DNA from: Anaerohalosphaeraceae bacterium
Lineage (GTDB): Bacteria > Planctomycetota > Phycisphaerae > Sedimentisphaerales > Anaerohalosphaeraceae
Direction of reading: 5' to 3'
Assembly: GCA_050309605.1 (NCBI GenBank)
Contig: JBNRMN010000067.1
Span: 64,001 to 128,000 of the forward strand
DNA length: 64,000 nt
This document shows positions 39,165 to 49,253 of the stretch, piece after piece. Every line of letters starts with the position of its first letter. Position 1 is the first letter of the stretch. A program made the position numbers and the translations under genes. Below the pieces are notes generated by a model. The model was not told the origin of the DNA, did not search any database, and saw only the letters and a program-made list of their open reading frames with translations.

Positions 39165-40069
39165 TGAAATCGATGCTGACCCATTCCCGTCAAATGATGG
39201 ATGATGACCCGCACCAGGCCGCAAAGGCAGCCCCGCCGGACAAGGACAGACCGAACGGCCGTATTCGCATCAAATCGCGACAGGATATCTTTTCCGATGC
39301 GGCCATTGCGCCGGAAAAGGTGGTGATCTCAGCGCGCGATTTCAGTTTTTATTACGGCGCCAAGGTCGGCGTTGAAAACATCACGATGGATATTGAAGTC
39401 GGTTCGGTGACCGCCATCATCGGTCCCAGCGGCTGCGGTAAAAGCACATTTCTTCGCTGCATCAACCGGATGAACGACTTGATTCCGAGCGGTCGGGCCG
39501 AAGGGCTGCTGGCCGTCGGCGGACAGAATGTCTATGACCGACGCACCAATCTGGTCAATCTGCGTCAGGAGGTGGGGATGGTCTTTCAGCAGCCCAACCC
39601 GTTTGCCAAGTCGATTTATGACAACGTTTGTTACGGGCCGCGCTTGCAGGGGATTCGCCGCCGCGCCCGACTGGATGAGATTGTCGAAACGTGCCTCCGC
39701 GATGCCGCGCTGTGGGACGAGGTCAAAGACGATTTACACAAATCGGCGCTGGCCCTGTCCGGCGGCCAGCAGCAGCGGCTGTGTCTGGCCCGCACGCTGG
39801 CCACCCGCCCGACCGTCGTGCTGATGGATGAGCCGTGTTCGGCGCTGGATCCGATCGCCACCGCACGCATTGAAGATTTAATCGCGGCATTGAAGGGCAC
39901 TTACACCATCGTGATTGTAACGCACAATATGCAGCAGGCCGCCCGCGTCAGCGACCGTACGGCCTTTTTCTGTCTGGGCAAACTGATCGAGTACGGCAGG
40001 ACGGATCGGCTCTTTACCAACCCGGCCGTCAAACAGACCGAAGATTATATCACCGGACGATTCGGCTGA
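39164..40069 (+). CDS. pstB: Phosphate ABC transporter ATPase
   Basis: [53 protein letters not shown]. Confidence 0.97.
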   Translation: MKSMLTHSRQMMDDDPHQAAKAAPPDKDRPNGRIRIKSRQDIFSDAAIAPEKVVISARDFSFYYGAKVGVENITMDIEVGSVTAIIGPSGCGKSTFLRCINRMNDLIPSGRAEGLLAVGGQNVYDRRTNLVNLRQEVGMVFQQPNPFAKSIYDNVCYGPRLQGIRRRARLDEIVETCLRDAALWDEVKDDLHKSALALSGGQQQRLCLARTLATRPTVVLMDEPCSALDPIATARIEDLIAALKGTYTIVIVTHNMQQAARVSDRTAFFCLGKLIEYGRTDRLFTNPAVKQTEDYITGRFG

Positions 40070-40160
40070 TGTCAGCCGAAAGGAGCCGCTCCCAGGACGG
40101 GACGATTGTGCAGTGGTAACCGAATGATTAAAACCGCCGATTCACAAAGGATCGTACTGT

Positions 40161-40826
40161 ATGACAACACATATGAAAAATGAGATTGAAAAGCTCAAAA
40201 AGAAGCTTCTGGCCCTGTCAGCGGAGGTGGAACAGCAGCTCTGGCTGGCGGTCAAATCCATCAAAGAACGCGACGGCCGGATGGCTCAGCGCGTCATTGA
40301 GCAGGACTTGACCATCGACCAAAACGAAGTGGATGTGGAAGAAGAATGCCTCAAGATTCTTGCCCTGTACCAGCCCGTGGCGGTGGATTTGCGGTTTATC
40401 GTCACCGCGTTCAAGATCAACAATGACTTGGAGCGGATCGGCGATTTGTCGGTCAATATCGCCGAGCGAAGCGACTTTCTGGCTCGCCATGAACCGGTTG
40501 ATGTGCCGTTTGATTTTGACCGGATGGCGCAACTCACCCAGACCATGGTGCGCGACAGCATCGCCGCCCTGGTCAATCTGGATTGTGTACTGGCCTACGG
40601 CGTCTGTCGGCGCGACGACGAGGTGGACGCCATGAACAAGCAAATGTACGATCAGGTCAAACAGGGGATTCTTGCACACCCCGACCATATCGAAAGCCTG
40701 ATTCATCTGCTCAGCGTCTCGCGGCACCTCGAACGCATCGCCGACCACGCCACCAACATCGCCGAAGATGTCATCTATATGGTCGAAGGCCGCATCATCC
40801 GCCACAAAACCGAAGAATACACATAG
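40161..40826 (+). CDS. phoU: Phosphate signaling protein PhoU
   Basis: QPVAVDLR, DLERIGD, HLERIADHATNIAE. Confidence 0.96.
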   Translation: MTTHMKNEIEKLKKKLLALSAEVEQQLWLAVKSIKERDGRMAQRVIEQDLTIDQNEVDVEEECLKILALYQPVAVDLRFIVTAFKINNDLERIGDLSVNIAERSDFLARHEPVDVPFDFDRMAQLTQTMVRDSIAALVNLDCVLAYGVCRRDDEVDAMNKQMYDQVKQGILAHPDHIESLIHLLSVSRHLERIADHATNIAEDVIYMVEGRIIRHKTEEYT

Positions 40827-41026
40827 CCTATCCGATGTCTCGGTACGGCATTTTGCAGTCAAGGATTAACGAAATAAGACAATCGATTGACCAGGAAAGA
40901 CGCCACCAAGAGTAGTATTTAGTTTTGAGTGTTCAGTTGAACTACGAACTTGTCCCTGTCTTCTCAGTACTGTCATAGTAAAACGTCTTGCTCAACAAAC
41001 CAATCAAAGGTGAATCTGCGCGCCGT

Positions 41027-41554
41027 TCAGTCGGTAATGCCCAGGTCGTCTTTGGTCATCAGGCTTTCGAAGACGTAGCCGGCCCGTTCGATGTTTTCGC
41101 GGGCGCCTTGTTTGCGGTCGATGACGGCGACGATTTTTTTAACGGTGGCGCCGGCGTCGGCGATGATTTTGGCCGCCTCAAGGACCTGTCCGCCGGTGGT
41201 GGCGATGTCTTCAACCAGCAGCACCACATCGCCGGCGCCGAGTCGTCCCTCGACCATTTTGCCGGTGCCGTAGTCTTTTTTGCTGTTGCGGATGATGACC
41301 CAGGGTTTGTCGGCTTCCATTGCCGTCGCCGCCGCCAGCGCCACCCCGCCCAGCTCGGCGCCGGCAATCAGCGTCACATCGTCGGTCAGATGGCCGCAAA
41401 ACGCCTTGCCCAGTGCCCGCAGCACGTCCGGCTGTGTTTCGAACAGGTACTTATCCATATAGTACGTGCTGCGTTTGCCGCTGCGCAGCACAAAATCACC
41501 TTCCAGATACGACGTTTCTTTGACTCGTCGAATCAGCGTCTGTTTATCCATCAT
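41027..41554 (-). CDS. pyrE: Orotate phosphoribosyltransferase
   Basis: GDFVLRSGKRSTYYMD, KDYGT, PRPP motif LLVEDIATTGG. Confidence 0.92.
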   Translation of the reverse strand: MMDKQTLIRRVKETSYLEGDFVLRSGKRSTYYMDKYLFETQPDVLRALGKAFCGHLTDDVTLIAGAELGGVALAAATAMEADKPWVIIRNSKKDYGTGKMVEGRLGAGDVVLLVEDIATTGGQVLEAAKIIADAGATVKKIVAVIDRKQGARENIERAGYVFESLMTKDDLGITD

Positions 41555-41607
41555 CGTCTCCGAAAAAACTCCGTTGTTTGTTTGCGTCTGATTCATTGTC
41601 GCCGACG

Positions 41608-44265
41608 TTAATCCTGTGGGATGACCCGCGCAAATCCGGCGTCAATGTACTGGCCGCCGGTGGTCTGCCGGCAATGAATAGCCATGACATTGGTTCCGAT
41701 TGTCAACGCCTTGCGGGCGGTTTCACTGAGCGGATACGGGTCATAATCGGTGGTAAATCCGCCCAGCTCTGCCACGAAAACGCCGTTGATGTAGATTTGG
41801 GCGTCCTCGTCGTGGTGGACATACAGGTGCAGGTCGTCCGGGATCTCGGTAAGAGTAAATTCCCGCCGCAGCCAGATGTTCGACGTGTTCCATCGTGTTC
41901 GCACGACCGCGCCGGGGGTGCCGCGCGTGCCGAAGCCGCCCGGGCCGGTGCGCCAGCCGGCCGCGGCCGGATCAAAAGCAACTGTGTACCAGTTTTCCGC
42001 CGGGCGGTCGAACACGTAGTGCCATTGCCGGGGTGAATCCATTGATGTGGCGACCGTTTCGATGATTTTCGGCGGATTCGGAATCGCCGACCACGCGCCG
42101 GTCATTGAATCGGCTTGGGCGACCCATTTGTTCCAGATGTCCCGGTCCTGCATCAGACGAATAAAGACGCCGCCGACGACCGGACGTGCGCGAAAACCGC
42201 GCTGGCGGGCATTATGCGTCCAGTACCAGTCCGTCATCGGCACGCGATCCGGCGTCTCGTTGAGAAAGCGAACGACCGGGGCGATCAGTGCCTTAAAGTC
42301 ATCCTGATTGTTGGTAATCGAGGCCGTCCACAGGATCCAGTCCAGTTTTGTATAGTTGCTGCGATTGTCCAGCGGCAGGCCGTAGCGATTCTGCACCCGC
42401 TTGTAATGAGCCATTTCTGTTGTGGCCACCTCTTTCGGGAACAGGTTCAGCTTCAATATGTCGTCCCAGACAAGATTGTACTTCTGACTCCACGTGCCGG
42501 GCCGGTCAAACGCCAGTCGATAATGATCGCCGTCATCGGCCATACGCATCCACTCGTTGACATAGCTTTCTGCGGTTTTACGGTAAAGTTCAGCCGTTTG
42601 GGTCTCGCCCATCCGCTCGGCCAGTTTGGCATACGCGCCCAGGGCGACAATCGCCTTGAGCGACAGGTTGACGTTATGCGCCAAATGGCCCGCAAAGTCA
42701 TCCGTACAAAGCTGGTTTTCCGGATCAAGCCCCTTGCTCTTGAGATACTCGGCCCATTCGGTCAGCGTATCCCAGTACATCCGGGCAAAGGCGATGTCAT
42801 CCTCAGCCTCGACGACCGCCGCGGTCAGCAGGATCATATTGCCGCTTTCCTCGACCGGCATCTGATTTTCCTCGGAGCGTTCTCCGCCGCCGTAGGCCTG
42901 TCCCATGGCGTGCGGATAGGTCCCCAGATCGTGCGGGGCAAACGGAAATCGCCAGCGATCCGAGCGGGCGTATTCAAAGATCGGCGCAAACGAAGCCCTG
43001 GCCAGCGTGGGATTGAGCAGCAGCACCTGCGGGGCAAACGGATAAAACACATCCACCGTCCCCATACACCCGTTGCTGTTGTTTTCCTTGCTGAACATCA
43101 GCGGCATGCCGGTGGTATCGGCGACGATTTTGTTGGCCCCCAGCGCCTGCCGATAGGCCAAGGCGCCGATCAGTTGATAATCGGACCCGCCGCTGCGATA
43201 TAAATCATCCATCAGCGCCTTGTCGAACGCCGCCGCGCGAGCAGCGATGTCTGAATAATCCCGCACAGCTTCTTGCAGAAGCATTTCAGCGGTTTTGCCG
43301 TCGCGTTTCCAAAACGGACGCAGTTGCTGGCCGAAATAAAGTACAGAATAAAGGTCGTCATAAGCCAAAATCACCTGACAGGTTGTGCCGCCGTTGGCCC
43401 CGGGCCGGACCGTGGCCGGGGCCAACATCATTGCCATCACCGGGGCGTTGTCACTGACGCGCCGGGGCATCTGCGTATCGGTTTCAGTCGGCAGGGTGGC
43501 CTCTTGAATAAACGTGCGGCGGGCCAGGTCAGCCGGCGCGATGACGGTATTCGGGGCGTCTTGCGCCGCGGCGGCCAGATAAAAATAGCCCCAGTCGATC
43601 CGCACGTCGTCGCCTTTGCGTCCGAGAACAGGCTGCGCTTCGCTTCCGGCTTTGAGAATTTTCAGCCCACCGGTCTCATATGGCGACCAGACGACCGATT
43701 GACTCGGGTCATTAACGACAATTTCCATCCCTGAATCGATATAGATGCTTACGTCGTGCGACCGGCCGTCCGTTGCGACGCAGGACCAGTTCAGATAGAC
43801 CACCGGACGGCTCATCAGGTCGATATCGTCCGGCAGCGCCGGCTGTAAAAACGTCATATCCACCCGCACGCCCTGTCCTTCGAAGGTATAGACGGTTTGC
43901 GTCGGCAGCACGCGCACAGCGGTTTGCGGCAGGGCGGGCAGCGATTGCGGCTCGACGCCCATCAGTCGAAAGGTCTTGCCGTCGATTCGCACCAGCGAGG
44001 TCAACGGATGCGGCCGTCCCGTCCAGTGGCGGGTTGCATCGCCGTTCAGCGCATCGGCCATGGACCACATGCTGAAATACGGATCGGCGGCCACCAGCGG
44101 TACAGCCGGCGGTCGAAAGGACGGCGAAGGGTCCGCGGCCGGCGAAATGGCGGAGAGTCCCGACAGCAGGACGATTCCGAGGGTCAATACGCCCAACAAC
44201 GTAAAGGGTCGGGGACGCACGGCGGCCACCGTCGCCGGCTCATTTTGTTTTATCCTGTGTGTCAT
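41608..44265 (-). CDS. Secreted GtaA 'glutaminase'-like protein (DUF4964/5127/4965/1793) with C-terminal jelly-roll sugar-binding-like domain
   Basis: RPPAVPLVAADPYFSMWS, KENNSNG..TVDV, PHDLG, MPVEESGNM, QLCTDDFAG, WSQKYNL, YTKLDW; C-terminal IWLRREF..HDED..YING. Start chosen after a GGAG RBS. Confidence 0.85.
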   Translation of the reverse strand: MTHRIKQNEPATVAAVRPRPFTLLGVLTLGIVLLSGLSAISPAADPSPSFRPPAVPLVAADPYFSMWSMADALNGDATRHWTGRPHPLTSLVRIDGKTFRLMGVEPQSLPALPQTAVRVLPTQTVYTFEGQGVRVDMTFLQPALPDDIDLMSRPVVYLNWSCVATDGRSHDVSIYIDSGMEIVVNDPSQSVVWSPYETGGLKILKAGSEAQPVLGRKGDDVRIDWGYFYLAAAAQDAPNTVIAPADLARRTFIQEATLPTETDTQMPRRVSDNAPVMAMMLAPATVRPGANGGTTCQVILAYDDLYSVLYFGQQLRPFWKRDGKTAEMLLQEAVRDYSDIAARAAAFDKALMDDLYRSGGSDYQLIGALAYRQALGANKIVADTTGMPLMFSKENNSNGCMGTVDVFYPFAPQVLLLNPTLARASFAPIFEYARSDRWRFPFAPHDLGTYPHAMGQAYGGGERSEENQMPVEESGNMILLTAAVVEAEDDIAFARMYWDTLTEWAEYLKSKGLDPENQLCTDDFAGHLAHNVNLSLKAIVALGAYAKLAERMGETQTAELYRKTAESYVNEWMRMADDGDHYRLAFDRPGTWSQKYNLVWDDILKLNLFPKEVATTEMAHYKRVQNRYGLPLDNRSNYTKLDWILWTASITNNQDDFKALIAPVVRFLNETPDRVPMTDWYWTHNARQRGFRARPVVGGVFIRLMQDRDIWNKWVAQADSMTGAWSAIPNPPKIIETVATSMDSPRQWHYVFDRPAENWYTVAFDPAAAGWRTGPGGFGTRGTPGAVVRTRWNTSNIWLRREFTLTEIPDDLHLYVHHDEDAQIYINGVFVAELGGFTTDYDPYPLSETARKALTIGTNVMAIHCRQTTGGQYIDAGFARVIPQD

Positions 44266-44402
44266 TGTCTTGTGTCTCCATTTACGCAACATGTCGATTT
44301 GATGAGGATGCAAAAGAAAAACGGACGATCCGATAATAAGCGTTTTGAGGCATTCGTCAACGACGATTTTACCGGATTTTTCAAACAAAATCAACAAACC
44401 GC

Positions 44403-44429
44403 TTAAGATGACGCCAATGTCTCCGATAA
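44403..44429 (+). promoter_or_regulatory. Sigma28 (FliA)-type promoter of fliC copy 1
   Basis: TTAA(G), 15-nt spacer, TCCGATAA; consensus is TAAA-N15-GCCGATAA. Confidence 0.65.
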
Positions 44430-44539
44430 TGTAGGTTGAATCGATACACGAAAACAGTTTTTATCGGATACGCAACGTTCGGGATACGCTTGTCTTGGCA
44501 AGTTAAAAGTTTACTTTTCTAAGTGGTAAGGAGAGTTAT

Positions 44540-45349
44540 ATGTTAGCAATTAAAAACAACATTATGGCAGAAAGCGCAGCGCGTCATTTGGGCAAAAGCT
44601 ATTCCGCCCTGGCTCAGTCGGTCGAACGACTCTCCAGCGGATTGCGCATCAACAGCGCCAAGGATGATGCCGCGGGGCTGGCGGTACGGGAACTGATGCG
44701 GGCGGACATTGCAGTGCTCAAACAGGGCACCCGCAATGCCAATGACGCCATCAGTATGCTCCAGACGATGGAAGGCGCCCTGGCATCCATCGACGGAATA
44801 CTCATTCGCATGAAAGAACTGGCTGAGCAGGCCGCCACCGGTTCCTATTCGGATCAGCAGCGGCGCATCATGCAGAATGAGTTCGAGCAGATGATTCAGG
44901 AAATCGACCGGATTGCCCAAAGCACGGAATTCAACAGCATCAATCTGCTCAATAATGCTTCCGCCCAGGCGGTCATTCACTTTGGTTCGGAAAAGACCAT
45001 CGACATACAGTCCGTCGATGCCCGCGCCTCGGCGCTGGGGGTCAGCAACTTAAGCATCTCGACCGCCTCAAAGGCCCAGTCGGCGCTGTCGGCTGTGACG
45101 GATGCGATTGAACTGAAAGACAGTGCCCGGGCGATGTTCGGGTATATGATGAACCGGTTGGAAAGCACCAGCGAAGTGCTGAGCATTCAGACGGAAAATC
45201 TGATGGCCTCCGAGTCGCGTATCTCGGATGTGGATGTGGCGACCGAGATGGCGGCACTGACGCGAAACCAGGTGCTGGCCCAGGCGGGTATCTCTATGCT
45301 GGCGCAGGCCAACACGATGCCGCAAATGGCGCTGACGCTGCTGAGATAA
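44540..45349 (+). CDS. fliC: Flagellin (short, D0/D1 only), copy 1
   Basis: ERLSSGLRINSAKDDAAGLAV, RMKELAEQAATG, ESRISDVDVATEM, MLAQAN. Confidence 0.97.
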   Translation: MLAIKNNIMAESAARHLGKSYSALAQSVERLSSGLRINSAKDDAAGLAVRELMRADIAVLKQGTRNANDAISMLQTMEGALASIDGILIRMKELAEQAATGSYSDQQRRIMQNEFEQMIQEIDRIAQSTEFNSINLLNNASAQAVIHFGSEKTIDIQSVDARASALGVSNLSISTASKAQSALSAVTDAIELKDSARAMFGYMMNRLESTSEVLSIQTENLMASESRISDVDVATEMAALTRNQVLAQAGISMLAQANTMPQMALTLLR

Positions 45350-45483
45350 TTATTTTCAGACTTCTTACCATGATGGCGGGATGGTTCGGCGTGCCTGCGT
45401 CGAACCATCCTCTGTGGTAAGAGCGGTGAGTCTTGTCAATGATGAATTTAATACATAAGAAAACTGGATAAGGAGCAACCATT

Positions 45484-45843
45484 ATGGATGTCGTATCCGT
45501 CTATCAGGAAAACGCCGTGGACACACAAAGCCGAGGTCGCTTGATTGTGATGCTGTATGACGGCGCGATCAAATTTCTTCGTCAGGCCCAGCAGTGTATC
45601 GCGTCCAACGACATTCCCGGCCGCAACCGTTCCATTAACAAAGCCCGCGATATTATCTTTGAATTGAATACCTCACTGAATATGGAACAGGGCGGACGCA
45701 TCGCACAGAATCTGCGTTCGCTGTACAATTTCATTTGGCGTTATCTGGGCGATGCAAATCTGAAAAACGATCCCCGAATGCTTGATAAAGTCATCGGCAT
45801 GCTGGACGATCTGGCCGGGGCATGGCGAAAAATTACCGCTTAA
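45484..45843 (+). CDS. fliS: Flagellin chaperone FliS, copy 1
   Basis: LIVMLYDGAIKFL, ELNTSLNMEQGG.IAQNLRSLY, AW. Confidence 0.95.
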   Translation: MDVVSVYQENAVDTQSRGRLIVMLYDGAIKFLRQAQQCIASNDIPGRNRSINKARDIIFELNTSLNMEQGGRIAQNLRSLYNFIWRYLGDANLKNDPRMLDKVIGMLDDLAGAWRKITA

Positions 45844-45873
45844 GATTGTATCTGTCTTTGGAAATTGATCGAG

Positions 45874-45901
45874 GCGCCGCGCATTGTGCGGCGTTTTTTT
45901 T
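45874..45901 (+). terminator. Intrinsic terminator after fliS1
   Basis: GCGCCGCGC-ATT-GTGCGGCGT followed by a T run. Confidence 0.8.
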
Positions 45902-46197
45902 GCGCCTGCGATGGTCAGTCGGCAACTGAAAGCTGCATTGTGGCACGACAATACGCCCGCCCGATAAAATCTTTTCGTTCCTTAATGATAGTGTCATTGC
46001 GGTTTCGACCGTTTTGAAAAAGACTCCAAACGGCTCTGTTGTGCCTCGTTTCAGGCCCCATAAGCCCCATGTCATCCGGTTGTGAAAAAATAAATTTTTC
46101 AAAAATTTTTATCTGCCTGTGAATATGCTTTTACTATCGTCCGGCGATGCACTATCGGTCGTTGTCGAAAAGCGCTGATTTCAGCCGTTTTGCAGCC

Positions 46198-46224
46198 TAA
46201 AGAACCCCCTTTTTGCGTCGATAA
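46198..46224 (+). promoter_or_regulatory. Sigma28 (FliA)-type promoter of fliC copy 2
   Basis: TAAA(G), 15-nt spacer, GTCGATAA. Confidence 0.75.
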
Positions 46225-46329
46225 TGGACAATGGAACGTCGTGTGTGCGACGTTGTCCTGAGTAAAGCGTATCCATTAAAATGTCCTGACAGGGGCACAA
46301 TTTAATTACTTTTTGTTAGGAGTCCAGAA

Positions 46330-47145
46330 ATGTTATCAATCAAAACCAACGTCATGGCGGAAAACGCCACCCGACACCTGGGGCAAAGTTATGGCGCGTT
46401 AGCCAAGTCGATCGAGCGCTTATCCAGCGGTCTTCGAATCAACAGCGCCAAAGACGACGCCGCCGGGCTGGCGGTACGGGAGCTGATGCGGGCGGACATT
46501 GCGGTCCTCAAGCAGGGCACACGCAATGCCAACGACGGCATCAGCATGCTGCAGACAATGGAAGGTGCAATGGCGGTCATCGACAACGCACTGATTCGGA
46601 TGAAAGAGCTTGCCGAACAGGCCGCCACCGGCTCGTATTCCGATATGCAGCGCAACATTATGGAAAATGAGTTCAAGGAGATGATGGCCGAAATCGACCG
46701 TATCGCCGGCAGCACCGAATTCAACAGCATCAACTTGCTCAACAGCAGCAGCTCGGCCAATGCGGCGACGATCCATTTTGGTGTCGGACAGTCCATTACC
46801 GTGAATTCGGTTGATGTTCGTTCTTCGGCGCTGGGCATCAGCAGCTCCAGCATCTCAACCGCCGCCAAAGCTCAATCGGCTCTGGCTTCGGTCACCACCG
46901 CCATCGAGCTGAAGGACAGCGCCCGGGCGATGTTCGGCTATATGATGAACCGCCTCGAAAGCACCACCGAAGTGCTGGGTATTCAGACGGAAAATATGAT
47001 GGCCTCCGAATCGCGCATCTCGGATGTGGATGTGGCGTCCGAAATGGCCGCACTGACCCGCAACCAGGTGCTGTCGCAGGCGGGCGTGTCCATGCTGACG
47101 CAGGCCAATACGATGCCTCAGATGGCGCTGAGTCTGCTGCGGTAA
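46330..47145 (+). CDS. fliC: Flagellin (short, D0/D1 only), copy 2
   Basis: Same motifs as copy 1; the two proteins are highly similar along their length. Confidence 0.97.
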   Translation: MLSIKTNVMAENATRHLGQSYGALAKSIERLSSGLRINSAKDDAAGLAVRELMRADIAVLKQGTRNANDGISMLQTMEGAMAVIDNALIRMKELAEQAATGSYSDMQRNIMENEFKEMMAEIDRIAGSTEFNSINLLNSSSSANAATIHFGVGQSITVNSVDVRSSALGISSSSISTAAKAQSALASVTTAIELKDSARAMFGYMMNRLESTTEVLGIQTENMMASESRISDVDVASEMAALTRNQVLSQAGVSMLTQANTMPQMALSLLR

Positions 47146-47315
47146 GGACAAACCCGGCGACCCTAAGACCGTTGGAATAACCGGCAAGACGGTTGCGCCT
47201 TAGCGGGCGCAGCCGTCTTCCGAAGGGCTTGGGGGCTTCGAACACGATCTGATGATTTATAGGCGGTTGTTTAAGGATGACCGTCGCCGACGAATAACGT
47301 CGGGGAGAAGCAGAT

Positions 47316-47675
47316 ATGAACGGATTCGATGCATACCAGGAAACCGCCGTCAGCACCCAAAGTCGCGGACGGCTGATTGTTATGCTGTACGACGGAGCGA
47401 TTCGCTTCCTTCGACAGGCGATTGCCGACATAGAACGCTGCGATTACGCCGCCAAAGGCACCCATATCAGCAAAGCGCAGGATATTCTGTTTGAATTAAA
47501 TTCCGTGCTGGATATGGAGCAGGGCGGACCGATCGCCCAGAATCTGCGCGGCCTCTATAATTTTATGAACAAGCATCTGGCTCAGGCCAATGTTCGAAAA
47601 GATCCGCAGATGATTCGTGAAGTGATCGCTATACTGGAAGAACTCAATCAGGGCTGGCGGGCCATTACCGGCTGA
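47316..47675 (+). CDS. fliS: Flagellin chaperone FliS, copy 2
   Basis: AYQE..V.TQSRGRLIVMLYDGAIRFL, ELNSVLDMEQGG.IAQNLRGLY. Confidence 0.95.
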   Translation: MNGFDAYQETAVSTQSRGRLIVMLYDGAIRFLRQAIADIERCDYAAKGTHISKAQDILFELNSVLDMEQGGPIAQNLRGLYNFMNKHLAQANVRKDPQMIREVIAILEELNQGWRAITG

Positions 47676-47734
47676 ACCGCGATTTATCCTGTCTGTCGGT
47701 GCGCGTTGTTTTTGCCGATCCTGCAAACTTCAAA

Positions 47735-47767
47735 GCCGTCTTGTGCATAGCGCAAGACGGTTTTTTT
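47735..47767 (+). terminator. Intrinsic terminator after fliS2
   Basis: GCCGTCTTGTGC-ATA-GCGCAAGACGGT followed by a T run. Confidence 0.8.
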
Positions 47768-48011
47768 ATGAGACGCTTCGACGAAAACGACCGGTTTTTG
47801 AAACGTCATTTGTTGTTTTAATTGAATCGGATCGAGGGTCTTGCCCATTGCGTTGTCTTGCGGGATGTTCTTATCGGACGACAAACGGGGCCGATGGCGC
47901 TTTAAGAAAATCGCCAATCCGACGATTGCCGTGCTTAATCAATGCGGCGATTTGGCCGAACTGACAGGGTATAAAATATGTCTTCTTGTATGATTTACGG
48001 AAAAAATCGCA

Positions 48012-49253
48012 ATGTCAAACGGAGCGGATACCCTTGAAAAACACCATCTGTTCGAAGCGTTTTTGGATACGTTGGAGCAGGTATTTTGCCGGTTTACGTG
48101 TGTTGACGCGGCCATCCGATTGACCTATGTCAGCCGCACCGTCTATGACTGGACCGGCTGTAAACCGACAACATGGGTCACACAGGGGCGCAACTGGCTT
48201 GAATTTGTCCATCCCGCTGAGCGGCAGACACTGTTACATACCCTCGCTCAGGCCCGGGATCGTCGGGAAGGCTTTGTCATCGAATATCGTCTCATCGGCG
48301 ATCCGGTGCGAACGGTTCGTCATACGGCCCGGTATGTCGGCCGGGAACACGACGGCTCGCCTGTTTTCTGGCACGGCTGTCTGGAGGATATAACCGCATT
48401 TCGTCGGGCACAAAGCGACCTTGAACGATCGCAGCTTTTGCAGAATATGGGACGGCTGGCCGCCGGCATTGCCCATGAAATCAATACGCCCATCCAGTTT
48501 ATCGGCGACAATCTGCACTTTCTGACCGAAGCCTGGGAGGCGCTGTGTCTACAATACCGACATCTGCTGCAAATCGTCCGACAGGCGGGACTGGAACCGG
48601 ATTTATCCGCCTCGTCTCAGTCGGATTTGTCGTTTATTCTGACCGAGGCGCCCGATGCGATTCGTCAGAGTCTGGACGGCATTGAACGCATCAGCACACT
48701 GATTTCTGCGATGCGGGATTTTTCGCATCTGGATGAGCGGCGGATGGCGACGGCCAATCTGAACCGGGCGATCAGCAGTGCGCTGACGCTGCTTCGCAAT
48801 GAATTGAAATATACCGTTGAGGTACAGACGGAACTGGATCCTGCGCTGCCGGAGGTGTTTTGCTCGGTCGATGAACTCAGTCAGGCGATTATCAATCTGC
48901 TGATTAACGCCGGCGACAGCATCAGGGAAAAAATTGATAAAGGGCTGTACCGTCGCGGCCGGATTTGCGTACGCACGCAAAAGCAGCAAGAGGCCGTTGA
49001 AATCTCGATTTCAGACGACGGCATGGGAATACCGGCCGCCATTCAGCCGCGTATTTTTGAACGGTTTTTTACGACGAAACGAAATACCGAAGCCAGGGGA
49101 ACCGGTCAGGGACTGGCGATGGTGCAGGCGGTGGTCGAGCGGCGTCATCGAGGGCAATTGACGTTCCACACCGAAGTCGGACGGGGCACCACGTTTGTGC
49201 TGCGGATTCCCATTGGCGGTCCCCCAGAAAGAGAAGGCCGATCATGCGGGTGA
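48012..49253 (+). CDS. Cytoplasmic PAS sensor histidine kinase
   Basis: PAS (WLEFVHPAER), H-box AGIAHEINTPIQF, N-box NLLINAGD, DDGMG, FFTTK, GTGQGL. Confidence 0.92.
   Translation: MSNGADTLEKHHLFEAFLDTLEQVFCRFTCVDAAIRLTYVSRTVYDWTGCKPTTWVTQGRNWLEFVHPAERQTLLHTLAQARDRREGFVIEYRLIGDPVRTVRHTARYVGREHDGSPVFWHGCLEDITAFRRAQSDLERSQLLQNMGRLAAGIAHEINTPIQFIGDNLHFLTEAWEALCLQYRHLLQIVRQAGLEPDLSASSQSDLSFILTEAPDAIRQSLDGIERISTLISAMRDFSHLDERRMATANLNRAISSALTLLRNELKYTVEVQTELDPALPEVFCSVDELSQAIINLLINAGDSIREKIDKGLYRRGRICVRTQKQQEAVEISISDDGMGIPAAIQPRIFERFFTTKRNTEARGTGQGLAMVQAVVERRHRGQLTFHTEVGRGTTFVLRIPIGGPPEREGRSCG

Noticed and set aside
45941..45957. TGGCACG as a possible sigma54 promoter between the flagellin units
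   Set aside because: The -12 element is TACGC and off-spacing, not TTGC at the required distance.
47271..47297. Possible internal sigma28 promoter for fliS2 (TTAAG...GACGAATA)
   Set aside because: The -10 match is weak, the spacing is off, and there is no counterpart before fliS1.
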